A stretch of 64,000 bases of DNA from Takakia lepidozioides. Its lineage: Eukaryota; Plantae; Bryophyta. Location: contig CM060731.1 in the NCBI GenBank assembly GCA_030704615.1, forward strand, positions 13,082,001 to 13,146,000, written 5' to 3'. Below the pieces are notes generated by a model that had not been told where the DNA came from, made no database searches, and saw only the letters and a list, made by a program, of their open reading frames with translations. The position numbers were made by a program, and so were the translations under genes. This document shows positions 27,301 to 40,889 of this stretch, one piece after another (position 1 is the stretch's first letter; the number at the start of each line of letters is the position of its first letter).

Positions 27301-27689
27301 AGCAGCATTGAAATATGAAAGCACATTTGAAATTGGAACATCGATTCAAATATAACGTGACTTAATGTTCAAAGATCCATTCCATAATCTAATCCGGTGA
27401 TGCTACAAAAATGCACAAAGCTGCAAAGTCTATGTAGACTTCCAAATGCCTAAGCAGAAGATGCATACACTAGCATCTCTTGAACTTCAACAATCCACTA
27501 CCTTCATTAGCAGTGCCTGATTTTATCAATTGTGCCGCTGCTGCTATGGCTTCCAGTTGACCATCTACCCATGCAGGTTTCTTCGAGCTATCCTTCCACG
27601 ATGAATCATAGGTAATCTGGAGCTGGAAAATCCGGCCCTCTTGGATGAATCTACACCCACACTCTATCCCTGCTCCTTCAGCTATCCAT

Positions 27690-28560
27690 ACCCACGAGGG
27701 TATTGTTCAGAATCACATCTGGTACAATTCCAGCTTTGGTGATGCAACCATGTACCTCTTTGCATGTGTTTTCCAGGGCTGTCAGGCCTGCACACGAACT
27801 ACAAACGTACACAAACAGATGTGGTCGAGCTTCACCCCTTCACTCATTGCCTATTCTAGTTAAGTGCAATTATGGGCTAGGCTGATACCACATCTCATTC
27901 AACCATATTATCAAACTGCATGTCATTTGTATCCTTGTAGTTGTACCCAAACTTGGCATACATGTCCACTACGGCAACATTCAGAATCACATCAGATACA
28001 ATACCAGCTTTGACGATATTACCGTGGACCTCTGTACCATTTTTCAGGGCTGCCAGGCTTGCATTTGACATACATATCCACCAAGGCAGTGTTTAGAGAC
28101 ATCTAGTGGTACAATTACAGCTTTGACAATGTCACAATGGACCTTTGCGTCCTTTCCAGGGCTACCAGGCTCGCATTTGACATACATGTACACCAAGGGA
28201 ATGTTCAGAATGACATCAGGTACAATTCCAGCTTTGATGATGTCACCATGAACCTCTTGGCCCCTTCCCAGGGCTTCTAGGCTCGCATATGCATATTACA
28301 AACACAAATGAACATGACCTGGTCTAGCTTCATCCTTTCCCACATCATTTGCTCTTAGGTTTCCAAAGCCTTAATCCCACACCCATGTTGCACATACCTT
28401 GCAATCATGGCACTCCACAACATCACATCTCATTTAGCTATGTTGTCAAACTCTCCCTTCGCATCAGGCTTGCTGCACCCACATTTGGCATACATGTCCA
28501 CCAGGGCAGTATTCAGAATGACAACTAATACAATTTCAGCTTTGACGATGGCATATGGCC
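27690..28560 (-). pseudogene. Array of degraded PLS-PPR motif fragments
   Basis: For example IVKAEIVLVVILNTALVDMYAKCG...FDNIAK*DVMLWSAMIARYVQHG; several L/S motif copies with stops and deletions. Confidence 0.8.
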
Positions 28561-30099
28561 AAGAGTTATCCCAATATCCCGCTACCAATGAGTTCAATGC
28601 ATATCCTTGTCACATTGGCAGTATCATGTCAAAGTCACTCCCAACTAGATTCACTCAATAGCTAATTTGCAGAATTCAACATGAAAATTGAGGGCCGACT
28701 CTGATAAGAGGGGAAAACAGGGTGAAATGTGTTGAAGAAGGTGCCTTCATTAGCAGTGCCTGATTTTATCCATTGTGCCGTTGCTGTTGCGGCTTCCAGC
28801 TGACCATCTACCCATGCAGGTTTCTTGTATCTATCCTTCCACAGGGAATCATAGGTAATGTGGAGCTTGAAATCCGGCCCTCTTGGATGAATCTGGACTC
28901 ACACTCTATCCCTGCTCCTTCAGCTATCTATGCTTGTGCACAAAATCATGCATACATCTTTGCCTTCCTGCTAGCAGCTGACAATGACATCCTAGAATTG
29001 TTCCAGCAAACACCCCCAACCCTACTTATCAACGAGCAACGAGCTAACTTACAAAATTCAATATGCATCTCAAGGCACTACTACAGAAACCGGTTTTTCC
29101 AACACCACCCATAGTTCACACCTGGCACTTTGAACGGCTCTTCTTACACCCATGTGAGACGAGGAAAGGTGTGATTTGGATCATTGTAGGAAAAGCCACA
29201 CGGTGTTACAAATTTCACACTCGAATGACACCCATACGGTCAACAGATGTTGACCAAGATAATTCATATGGGGCATTTGACATGAGTGTCAAATGAGTCA
29301 TGGAGTGTGAGGTGAGTGTCAGATGTCCTACAAGAATTTGGGGCAACTATATGGCGTGGCACATTGACCATCAAGGTGGATATGACTTGGCCCATTGACC
29401 ATCCAGGTGGAAGATGGATGGATAAAATGACTTCCACCTCTATTCAACATGCCCTGGACGACATAACACATAGACTTTTGTTTAGAGAATTTAAAAAGTT
29501 CAAAAAGGTTATTAGGGTTATGGGGACCAACAATCCAAAAAGATGCACTGCTCATGCAGCTGACGACAATATCGTTATGAGAATGTCACACTATAATGAA
29601 CAATGTAAAACAATTGCTTTGAGAAGCTATAGATAAAACTACCACATGTCGTCTCAGAGATTTGGGAGCCCGGCAATGTCAATCCCATTTCTGTCCAGTC
29701 AACCGTGACCCTTCACAATGAGACAGTCTGAAGCTGAGCTGAGCACGGATTTCAATCTCTACTAGTCCAACCGTACTAGAGAAATATCCAGTGATCCTCA
29801 GACAAGGTTTTCTTCGCCACCTTACATAAATTGTTCCCAATGACTCAATCCCTGTCCACATTGTTGCTAGATTCGAGAAGCTTGGACAAAGTGCCTTGCT
29901 CATTGTGACTGCCTCCTTTTTTGAGACAACAGGGTTTTTTTTGCTACGGGTGTCCTTCACTCACAACCGTCTTTTTTACATTGCGTCCGGGATATCAATG
30001 ATCACCCCAGCCTGAATTTTGCCCCACCCTATCAAGCGCCAATGCTTTTTAACTAGTGCTTTTCAACTCGTCTACTGAGGGCCCCACTTTCTCCCCTTC

Positions 30100-30830
30100 G
30101 CTGGTACATGTCAAAATCACTCCAAGAGCCATAGTGTTGGAAAACTGCTTTCGCATCCTTGATGCTCCCACATTGGGCATACATGTCCACGAGGGCATTG
30201 TTCAGAATCACATCAGGTAGAATTCCAGCTTTGACAATGAAGCCATGGACCTCTTCCCTTTTTCCAGAGCTGCCAGGTTTGCCCTTGATGCTCCCACATT
30301 TGGCATACCCTTGATGCTCCCCACATTTGGATCGCATCTGTTACAATTCCAACTTTGGTGATGCATCCAAAGCTGCCAGACTTGCACACGCACTGCAAAC
30401 GCACAATCTCGTTCAGCCATAGTGTTGAACACGCATCCTCAGTGCTCCCACATTTGCTATACATGTGTCCACCACCAGCTAACTTGCAGAATTCAACATG
30501 GAAATTTAGGGCCGATTCTAATAAGAGGGAAAAACAGGGTGAAATGTGTTGAAGAAGGTGGCCTCATTGCCTGATTTTACCAATTGTGTCGCTGCTGCTG
30601 CGGCTTCCAGTTGACCATCTACCCATGCAGGTTTCTTGTAGCAATTCTCCCACAAGGAATCATAGGCAATGTTGTGCTTGAAATGTGGCCCTCACCGATG
30701 AATCTGGACCCACACTCTATCCCTGCTCCTTCAGCTATCCATGCCTCTCACAAATCATGCATACATCTTTGCCTTGCTGGTAGCAACTGACAATAACAGC
30801 CTACATTTGTTCTAGGAAACACCCAACTCA
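30100..30830 (-). pseudogene. Captured PPR fragments plus unidentified exon-like unit inside the CACTA
   Basis: EVHGFIVKAGILPDVILNNALVDMYAQCGSIKDAKAVF and MYSKCGSTEDA; 30477-30830 is paralogous to 28660-29020. Confidence 0.8.
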
Positions 30831-31105
30831 ACTTCTCACACTAGTTCCTATGCTCAATTGCATCTGCTACTCTCTATAATCCAACATGCATTCACCTTTT
30901 TCCCACAATTGGGCCACCATTGATTAGGGTCAGAAAAGTATTCATGCCACAGCTTCATGACTGTTTAGGGTTCACTGTCACAAATGAAAGTGTGTTTGTC
31001 AGAATTCTGCCCACCCCAACAGCTCAGTCACTCCCACCCATGGAAGGTACCATGCTGTATCAAGTCTAAACCCTGGAAAAGTACATGCAATAGCAGAAAC
31101 CAACT

Positions 31106-34100
31106 CTACACCATAGCACAACTGGCTTGGTACCTCCCATGTGGAGCTTGCCTCCGCCTTCTACCATTTCGCCTCTGCCTTGCAGGTGCATTCAAGTTGG
31201 CAATGGCCAATTCATCTGCCTCACTCAAAGGAACACAAACAGCAAGCTCAGTCATGATGTTATGAGGAATTTCAGGAGGCACCATGCCTACATAAATGTC
31301 TCCCTCACCCAGTGCCACTTCTGTAATATCGTGAACCACTCGTCGGGATCGAGGGTCCTTGTGAAGGACCACCTTCCAGTTCCCTCGTGAACTTTTTTCA
31401 TCCGAGAAAAAAACTTGCTCCACCTGACTAGGGAATGTCCAGGGCTGCTCCATCCCAGGCAACATGCGACTGAAGTCAACCAAGAGAAAGCCATAATCAT
31501 CTCGTTTCATGGTGGCATTCCGGCCCACCATGTGTGACCTCACCCATGTACACAAGAACAGAATTGGGTGAAGAATTCCGTAATCCAGTTGAATTATTTC
31601 TCTTACAACACCCACATATTCCAATTGGGATAACACTCGTCTGGACATACCTGCTCTGTTTTCGCTTTCCTGATGGAATACTTGAGCAACTCCAGAATCA
31701 AATGTCACCCTGTCTCTGGCGCCAGTCCCATCACTTATTGCTCGAAAGTGATTGCCGTAAGCATACATGGACTTGAAGCCCAATGACTGTACTGCTGGTG
31801 GTATACATAAATGGCATATGTCCAAATCATAGGACTCACCTGAACTCACCTTGCGTTGGACAGCACCTTCAATCCATTCATGGAATGGAGCCAGTAAGCG
31901 CATATCTGTTGGGTATGGAATTTCTCCATTGTGGTGGTCTTGGTCTTGTCCACAAAGGTATGCTGTTCTGAACTCAGTGCGGGATGCTTCTATGAGTGCC
32001 ATCTCCTCTTCATAGGCCCTGTCCAAATGAGAATTGCAAATTAGGATTACAGCTTATACCATTGGCAGAAATGAAACACACAGGATATGATAAGCAACAT
32101 ACTTACTCAAGGAATGGTTTCATGCAATCTGTGTTGTGCAAAATATACTCGTGTGCACTGTCTCGTTCTTGAATGGTGAGGACTCGTACAGTTCCCAATC
32201 CTTCAACCACCTCCCCACTAACTGAGTCTTCTTCATTGGAGTCCCACACCCTTCGGCTTGTAGCATGAAATTCAGCCATATACTCAGTTAGAAACCCTAG
32301 GGCCTCATCCAAAGCATACCCTTCCGCCATGCTCCCTTCAGGTCGGCTCATATTCCTTACATAGCCTTTTAATGTCTTCATATACCGTTCCATAGGATAC
32401 ATCCAACGGCTAGACACGGGACCACACACCTCCAATTCGTCCACAAGGTGTACAAGCAAGTGAGTCATGATATCAAAAAATGACGGAGGGAATTCTTTCT
32501 CCAGCAGACACATAGTGATTGCAACATCTTCTTTTAAGGCCGGTACCTCAGCTGGATTAATGATCTTTGCACACACTTTTTGGAAGACTCGAGAAAGCCT
32601 CATAATTGCCATCCGTGGACCCTTTCCCAATACCCCTCGAATGCAAAGAGGTAAAATCTGCTGCATCATTACATGGTAGTCATGGGTTTTCATTGTAGAC
32701 AGTTTATTGTCAGCCACATGTTTCTGGAATGTGGCAGCATAACCTGTGGGGGCCTTTACTGCAGCCAATGTTTCCAAAAACAGCACCTTCTCATCTTCAG
32801 TAAGAACATATGGGGCCAAAGGCTTGACCAACTTGTTCGGGTGAGAGGGATGGGGTCTCAACCACAAGTGTTCACGAATGACATTGAGTTCCATATCCTT
32901 CCTAGATGTGGCTGTGTCCTTCTCCCCAAGAATGGTTCTCAGCACATTCTCACACAAATTTTTTTCACAATGCATCACATCCAGTGTGTATCGGATGAGT
33001 AAGTCTTTCCAGTATGGCAATTGGTTCAAAACAGTGACCCGTTTCATGCCATGTTCCTTTGAAGGGTCCAGTTTTCCCCCCTCAGCCCCTCCCATTGCGA
33101 GATACAACTCTCTGGTTGTAGCCCGGTCAAATTGCTCACTTGCAGTGACCACCATAGGAGCTGCTCTATGTTCCACATGTCCATTAAAGTGGGACGAGTT
33201 ATTCCTATAGGGATGAATAGCAGGCAAGTATCTCCTATGACCAAGATACAAAACTTTTTTGCATGCCTTGGAGTACCTGGAATCAACATTAGGGCCGCAA
33301 GCTGGGCAGGCCTTGTATCCCCCGTGTGCGCATCCTGCTAGCAACCCATAAGCTGGAAAGTCGTGGATTGACCACATCAAGATGGCCCTCATGCGAAATG
33401 ACTGTTGCCCCACTAGGCTACTTCCATCCAATGCCTCCACACCAACTTCCCACAACAATTTCAGCTCATCCACAAGGGGCTGCAGATAAACATCTGCATT
33501 GTCATTTCCCACAGATTGTGGTCCAGGAATCAATAAAGCCAACATCGTGAAAAATGGCTTAGTACACAGCCATGGTGGAAGATTATAGTTTACCAACATG
33601 ACAGGCCAAGTTGACCATTTGTTTGATTTATCACTGTAAGGATTGACACCATCCCATGCGAGACCCAATCGCAGATTTCTGGGGTCCGCTGCAAACTCAG
33701 GCCATTTTTGGTCAATGTGGGCCCAAGCCTTGCTGTCTGCTGGGTGCCTAACCAAGCCATCCAAACTTCGATTCTTAAAGTGCCATGACAATAACTCTGA
33801 GATGGATTTGGCTTTATACATTCGAAGCAGCCTTGGAATGATAGGGAAATGTCGAAGGACCTTACGAGGTACTGGTGTCTTCGTACCCACCACATAACGA
33901 CATGCCTGACATTTTGGACAAACCTCCAAATTTTGAAGCTCCCTTCTGAACAACACACAACCTTTCGGACATGCATGTATACTCTCGTAATGAAGCCCGA
34001 GTTCCATTATGAGTTGTTTTGCCTCATAGTGGGACTTTGGCAGGCAATTGTCTGCTGGCAACAGTTGTCTTCCTAACAATGTAAGGAGTTCATCGACAAA

Positions 34101-34916
34101 GGTGTTTGACACACCATGGGTTTGACAAGCATTTAACAGCAGTAAGGTAGCAGACAATCGAGAGGAAGAACTCCCTACATACAAAGCCCTGGATGCCTCC
34201 TGCTCAAAACGTAAGGCACTCGCTGCACCACGATCACCATCGCTCTTCAGTCCACCATCAGTCTGCTCTGGCACTCCATCTGTGTCCCATTGGCCCTGTG
34301 TTCCATCTCCCGGTTCCTCATGTGCATCACCAGTTTGCACCCCATTATCTGTAGTTGCGAATGTCTCCCGGAGCATTCTAAGCATGTCAAGATTACGATC
34401 CAAGGTATCAGGACCACCTGCAGGGCTGGTTTCCGTTCTAAACCCCTCATGTTCGTCTCCAGAGTTTTCCTGCTTATAAGCATATCAGTCCACATGTCAA
34501 TCCACAATAAGATGGGGAGTTTAGGGTTGGAAATGGTGGATGTGGAACGTGCCATAATACAGGCACGTGGCAATAGGAAAACGGGCATGTACAATACTCT
34601 ACACCTTACAACAATCCCGCTACCAGGAATTTGAACTGTTTCTTATAATTTCAAAGTATGCATCAGGGTTAAGGGAAGAGAATCCACAGATATGCACCGG
34701 GAGTTCTCGCAAGTTAGGATCTCGCAAGTTCAAAAGCAGATGACGCTTAGCCCGGCCAATGGTTTGCCAGTTCCCACCATGACAGGCATTGCATGGACAT
34801 AGAATTTTCCGAAGACCCAGTCTTCTTGCTCGCGCTTCCTCTAGTTTCCACAATCTGTCATCGTCATGTTCTGCTTGTGTCCGCCTTTGCAATCGATGGG
34901 CAGTAGGAGGGATCAT
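31106..34916 (-). CDS. CACTA transposase (TnpD/Tnp2-like; Transposase_21, DUF4218 and DUF4216 type), about 1164 aa
   Basis: Exons 34916-34698, 34469-32107 and 32018-31106 join in frame through GT-AG introns. Motifs: ILCPCNAC, IHACPKGC, LRLGLAWDGVNP, HDFPA, LDVMHCEKN, FFDIMTHLLVHL, RWMYPMERYMKTLK, and a C-terminal EYVGVVREI...QVEQVFF region. No internal stops. Confidence 0.93.
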
Positions 34917-34945
34917 CTTGGCGACTGAGTGAGACTCGTCAGGAA

Positions 34946-37900
34946 ATGGAGACAGACATAGAGTGTCCAGAAGTTACACCAGGGCGCAAGCCTACAGCGA
35001 GGGAGGTAGAACGAGCAAAGCGTCAAGCGGAGAACAAGGCATTCTTCGCACGACTGAAGATCTACGACATTGCAAAGAGGTCCGAACTTGCGTTTTTTCA
35101 TATGCCCTACCTAGCCCTAGCCATGAAACCGCATTAAAAGCTCCAAACCTGCAGAGAGGATATGTTAGGGTTTTGCTGCTGCTGACATTGTCTTTCTTCT
35201 TCTTCTTTGCAGCGTCGAAGCGAGATTGAGTCGCCCTAAACGCCTCGTTGAGGAAATCCTCAAACACACAGGTCCTCCTCGCCGAAGTCACAGAGTTCAA
35301 CTCCTGCACTCTGCAATGTCACAACGGGAGAAAGAGGTAGAGCAAGAGGAGGAAGCGCAGGTGGTAGCGGAGTCAGACACAGAGGAGGCACGAGAGCAAG
35401 AATTGCAGCGAGACCAAGATTATGCCGCACATGAAGACTTGAATGAGACCAGCTCGGAGTCAGAGATGGAAACGATGAAAGAAGCCCCAACAAAGAGAAA
35501 GCGCGCAAAGCACCCTGCAAACTCCCCAACCCATCAGCAGGTTTGCGATCTGCACCAAAGTTCCGAGTTTCAAACACTATATAACTTGTCCCAGTATAAT
35601 TTAGGGTTCTGAGACCTAACAAGCTGATTGATATCTTTACGGAGCTGGTAGTACCTCGCCCACAATTCTCTGTTGGTTTCCAAATTGCAGCACTCTTTAT
35701 AGAGGGCTCGTCTCTCAGCTATCTTGAGTTTAATCTCATTGGTCCACCAATTAACAGCTCTAGCACAGACAATTAGTTTCATCCCAATGATCTTGTCAAC
35801 CACGGAGGAAACGAAACTCTCCCAAGAGTCCCCTGCTCTTTCGACTTCATTTCTTGCGTTATCAGAGCGAGACTGAAGTTCTTGGAGCGATTGCATCGAG
35901 AGGGAGAGCCTCTTGCAAGGCCTGGACATACTCAACCTTGACCTCCTCATTATGAAGTTTTTCTATGCGCCACTTCCGAATCGAATGTTTCACATATCTC
36001 TTGGTGTTGGGAAAACACCTTTTGATCTCATTCCAAACCAGGAACTGGTCAGAGGTAGCAATATCAGTTCTGTCGATCAACACATTCGCACACTGGGGGA
36101 ACAAATTTTTGTCCATTATGATATAATCCACAATGGAGCGTTCCCCAGTTTGGGATTTCTCACGAGTCCACTGCACTTGGTCACCTCTTGTCCTGATATT
36201 CAAGGTGAAAAGCTGAAGATCTTCTAGACAGTTAATTAACTGTCTGCCATTAGAATGAGGGGCTCACTCCATTAGTAGGACTTACCGTGTTATAAACATT
36301 AGTTCAGGCTTTCCAGATTCCTTTTAGAAAGCCCTTCACACGTTCATCAGTTTTGTTGTATGTGGGCTACCAAGCAATGAGACCCCAACAGGGCCCACCG
36401 CTTTAGACTCAGCCTTGAGATATTGATAGTTGGTGAACAGAGGTGCAGGGACTATGTTCTTGATGGTCCTGAAGAGGGTCGCTCTCTGATGAGAATACCC
36501 CAGACTTGTATCACAAAATGGACATTGTCTTCAGGCCACCCACACCAGTGAGCATCGACAATCTCCCTTTCCTCTCTGCATCTGTTTATTGTTCAAAGGT
36601 AGACTCCCCATCCGGAGGTTAAATTTTCAGTCTAGTGCCAAGGGTAGGTCTGCCCTTCAGATCATCCTCAAAGTCCTCACCCATGTCACAAACTGGAAAC
36701 GAGTTCAGGGAAGTTTATGCCTAACATTGTTTTGTTCGGACATTCTTCATGCTTTTGACATGGCCTTAGACACTTCAGCCTCCACGTCAGATTCATCTAG
36801 CAGGGTGAGTTCTTCCTTCCTAATATTCAGGTATTTATCATAGGGTCGCTGGTATGAGGCATGCGATTCAGCTGACTGTACCATAGGTCTGACTGACAGG
36901 GTCTTCTTGCATAGGCCTTTGGGCTTGGCTTACCCACGTGGTTTGCCATCCCTAGTAGTATGGTCGTATTGTTTCACATGTTTCTGTTGAGCAATGTGTG
37001 CAGAGTTCAGTCAAAAAAAGGAAGGGAATTGCAGGGAAGGATGCGAACGAGCATAAGTCTCTTACTCCAGCAAAGTGTGCACCAACTATTGCGCCAACTG
37101 CTGTGATGAGTGGCGCGGTTGTTTCCCCTTACGAAAAACCAGCCCCGCCCACTCCACAGACTGACGTTCCAGCTCCCTTGTATCCACCAGTATCGGCTCC
37201 TCCCTCGTATCCGCTTATGTACCCACAGTATCCTGCCATGTCAGGGTATAATCTGCATGGGCACATGCCGTATCCTCACTATCAACCTCCAAACAATGAT
37301 TCTCAGTGCCAGAATTACAATTCTTTTGCTCCACCTGCAGGCATAGTATGTATCCTCCTCGGCCTATGTACAACCAACCTACTTCCTCCCTCTATCCTAC
37401 CAGCCCTGCAAGACCACACCAGGGGCAGGTCCAGTATGGTGGCCACCAACCTTCAGGATCCAACTACAGTGGAGTACAACTGCCGGCACCTTCGAGCTTC
37501 ACTGCACCGCGGCCACCTCTTTATCCAACATCTCCAGGTACACCTAATACCCTGAAAGGGAAAGGCATTCTGAAACAGACCGAGGATGCATTTGCTCCGC
37601 ATCATCCTGTGGGGTGGGAGACAGCAGTCCAGCCCCAACAGAGTGAAGGTGGTAACATGCATGGTACTGCTGAAACCTTGCAGGATTCCAGCCTTAGTCC
37701 TGGGGGGACATCAGGTGTGACTCCTATAGAACGCAAAAATGCTTTAAGGAGGGAAAGAAGGGCACTTGCAAAAGATCTGAGAGACCAGGCTGCTCAGAAT
37801 GTGGCTGTAGGGAGGAGGAAATTTTTCATTTCTTGTGATGAACTTGGAAACCCTGAAGGTCCTGCTCGGAACCAGTGGATGACAGCTCTGCGAGGGCAGT

Positions 37901-40889
37901 GTCAACGTTTGTTGGACTGGTCATTGTATGCTCAGGATCAACCATTACACTTAATTGAAAAGATCATGGAGATCCTGGCTTCAGATTGGGAATACGGACC
38001 TCCTGGTCTTAACATAAAGGCTATTACAAAAACAATTTGCGGGCAGCTCAAGTACCAACGAAATAAGCTGTTCAAAAATTACTATAGTGTGGGGCTGCCC
38101 AAACCCCATCATGTGCCAGACAAGACATGGGCACAACTAGTTGTTAGTTGGGGTTCCACTGATTTCAAGAAATTTCAGGCAAATGGTGTCAAGGCGCGGG
38201 GATGTGTGAAGAATACATCTCGATCAGGTCGCAGTGGAATCAGCGGTGTTGTAGCACGACTGGTATACTTCTCTTACAACATAGGAAGTTCCCACATTGT
38301 TTTGCATTGACAAACTTTATGTGTTGGGTTTTTTTGGCTGGAGCTCAGAGTCTATTCCTATCACCATTGAATTAGTACACATTGCTACTACTTGGGGGCC
38401 TTCTCAGAGTTGGGCGCCAGCAAGAAACTAAGCACTCTTATTGAGGGGGAGTCATTGACGCTATCCTAGATAATTCTTTACTGTTGGCAGTGTGCTATGC
38501 TAGTCATTAACACTTGCAAGTTTGTTGCAATCACAGGAGAAGGAGACTGGACGTACACCAAGTTTGCAGGAGATCGCCGGTAGCGCCAGGAGTGACAAAG
38601 GCTACGGCTCGGGGTGTACAGGCAGTGCAGCCACAACGGTATATAAACTCAGTACCAATTCTGGTGTGAATTACATATTCGTGATTTCCATGCCATTGCT
38701 AGTTGCCGTTTGGTTCTGTTTTCTTACTAGTTCATCAGTCAGTGTAGTGAATTGTTACTTTGGAGGTGTTCTATGTGATGGGGCAGGGAATTGGTTCACT
38801 AGCAGCTCGCCTCGATGCTATGGAAAACAAACAAGTGCAGATGGAAGCCAGCTCCAAGGCAGCTTTGGAAGCAGTCCAAGGCCAACTGGAGGCAGCAGCT
38901 GCATTCAACATTGCGCTCGCAGCTAAACTTGGCATGAATGTGCCAGATTCGGAACCTACAGGTCCACCATGCACCACCTTTGCGCCACACACAACAAATG
39001 AGACTATTTCTCATGTTATGGGCTCACCACTCAACCTGTTCAAGGCAGTTTCTTCACCGCCACCAAAGCCAAACACAATAGGCTCATTGTTTGGGCTTTC
39101 AGAAATGGAGGGGGATGATGACATGGAGGGTTGGTCTGAAGGTGAACTCAATCCATCCCCCCATATTGTTGAGGCAACTGCAAAGTGTTCATCCGTTTTG
39201 TTGTCCCCTACACCAGTAGCACTTCCGGCATATGTACTACCCTCTCAATATGCCTGTGAGGTCTCCATGAATTTGCAGAGTGCCCCACAGAAAGGTGTGT
39301 CTTTTGTACATGATAATCATGTACAAGTTGTTGGTAATTGCCCTTCGGCAACTGAGAGGCAGAAACACATCCTTATACTTGACTTGAATGGATTGTTATG
39401 TGAGAGCAGACTACGAACAAGGGAACACCTAGAGCCCACTGTCACCTCCAGACCTGGGTGTCAGGAGTTTCTGGACCGATGCCTTCAGATTTTTGATGTA
39501 GGTGTATGGTCTTCCATGTCATTGAGTAATGTCCTTCCAGTTGTGAAAGCATTGTTTCCTGGGAAGCAACCAAAGATGGTGCTTCACCAAGACTATTGTG
39601 ACCAACCTGTGGGAATGGTGGACCCTCTCAATCCTTCTAAAACTGTCATGTACAAGAACTTATGTAAGTTTTGGAAGGACTACAGCCATTACAATCCAAC
39701 CAATACTTTGCTGGTGGACGATTCCCCACTCACTTGCTTACCCAACCCTGCAAATAATTGCATCTTCCCGTATCCATGGAAGTTGAGGGATCAGCCAAAC
39801 TGCAAGAGGCTTATGAAAGAATTACTGCCTTGGTTAGAGGGTGTATCCAAGGCTGCACACATCCCTGAGTATGTGTCAGGGCACCCATACAGATATGGGC
39901 AGCCCAACTACTTGTTCAATACTGCAGCCATGGGTAGTGGATCACAACAATCTGCAAAGGCATCCGAACCAGGGCTTCCTGCTGCCAGAGTTCCAACGAC
40001 TTTGCCTCCCGATGCAACAACAAAGCATAATCAAAGAAAGGTGAGAGCAAAAGATTCAATGCTTGGGCGCGTGGGTGGATTTGTATTGTTAATGCTACTT
40101 CACAATGTGTGTCATTCGTGCTATTCTCATTTTTTGATCATGTGTCATTCAATATGCAGATGGTGAAACCAGTGAAGCGTTCAATGGGCAGGGAAAGCAC
40201 AATATGTGCTATCAATCAGACTACAACCACAGTGGATGTAACTGAACCATGGGGTGACCAACAAAATCCGCACAGTGTAAGTACTTCCTTTGTCCTCTTT
40301 TGTTTCCTTGTCTGATGCTGGATCAATACACCCCCTATGTATCGCTGTGTAGCTGCAGGATTGACAACCTACAAAGGTAGTTTTGTGACATCGTCCTACC
40401 ACATCCATGTTGACCATGCAGAACCTGCTATCAACTAGGTATGGCACCGTTCCACCTTTGATCATGTCAGCATGGAGTATAGAGACAGGCAAATGCAATT
40501 CAGAATTGGAAGTACTGCAATAGGTAGGGTTGGGGTGTTTGCTGGAAGAACGAGGATGCATTTTGCAGGAGTGCCAAGCTGTCAGTCTCTGTTCTCCAGG
40601 GTTCATTTCTGATATAGGAATCTGGTTTTTGTTGCAGTTTCAGATCGGCGACAAGGTGTTATTGTTTGATCCTTGTGCACCAAAAAGAAGGGCAGGTGTG
40701 GGATATATTGCTGGATTTCCGAAAGCAAATGTGCCAGACAACTATTACCGTATCCATGTGAAATCGGTCATGATTTCAGAGGTTGTGTTGCCGTACCCGG
40801 ACTACTCTGTTACCCCTAATCATACCACATTGGGTGACACGCAGGGAAGTGCCACCTTATGGTCTGAAAAGTTTATTAAACACGCGTGA
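34946..40889 (+). CDS. CACTA TnpA-like protein with an embedded FCP1/NIF HAD phosphatase-like domain (about 1116 aa model)
   Basis: Phase-consistent GT-AG model: 34946-35079, 35213-35540, 37004-37245, 37341-38262, 38537-38638, 38787-40040, 40160-40276, 40638-40889. Contains a Transposase_24-like segment (KTWAQLVVSW...RSGRSGISGVVARL-EKETGRTPSLQEI), a coiled coil, an FCP1-like domain (ILILDLNGLL...RPGCQEFL...VGVWSS...LLVDDSP) and a TNP1-like C-terminus (YYRIHV...VLPYP...TLGDTQG..TLWS). The 37246-37340 intron could instead be a frameshift. Confidence 0.75.
35610..36290 (-). mobile_element. LINE ORF2 fragment (endonuclease C-terminus and linker) in a CACTA intron
   Basis: WTR...RSIVDYIIM...TSDQFLVW...WRIEKL and WWTNEIKLKIAERRALYK are typical APE-RT linker motifs; frameshifted. 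Confidence 0.8.
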
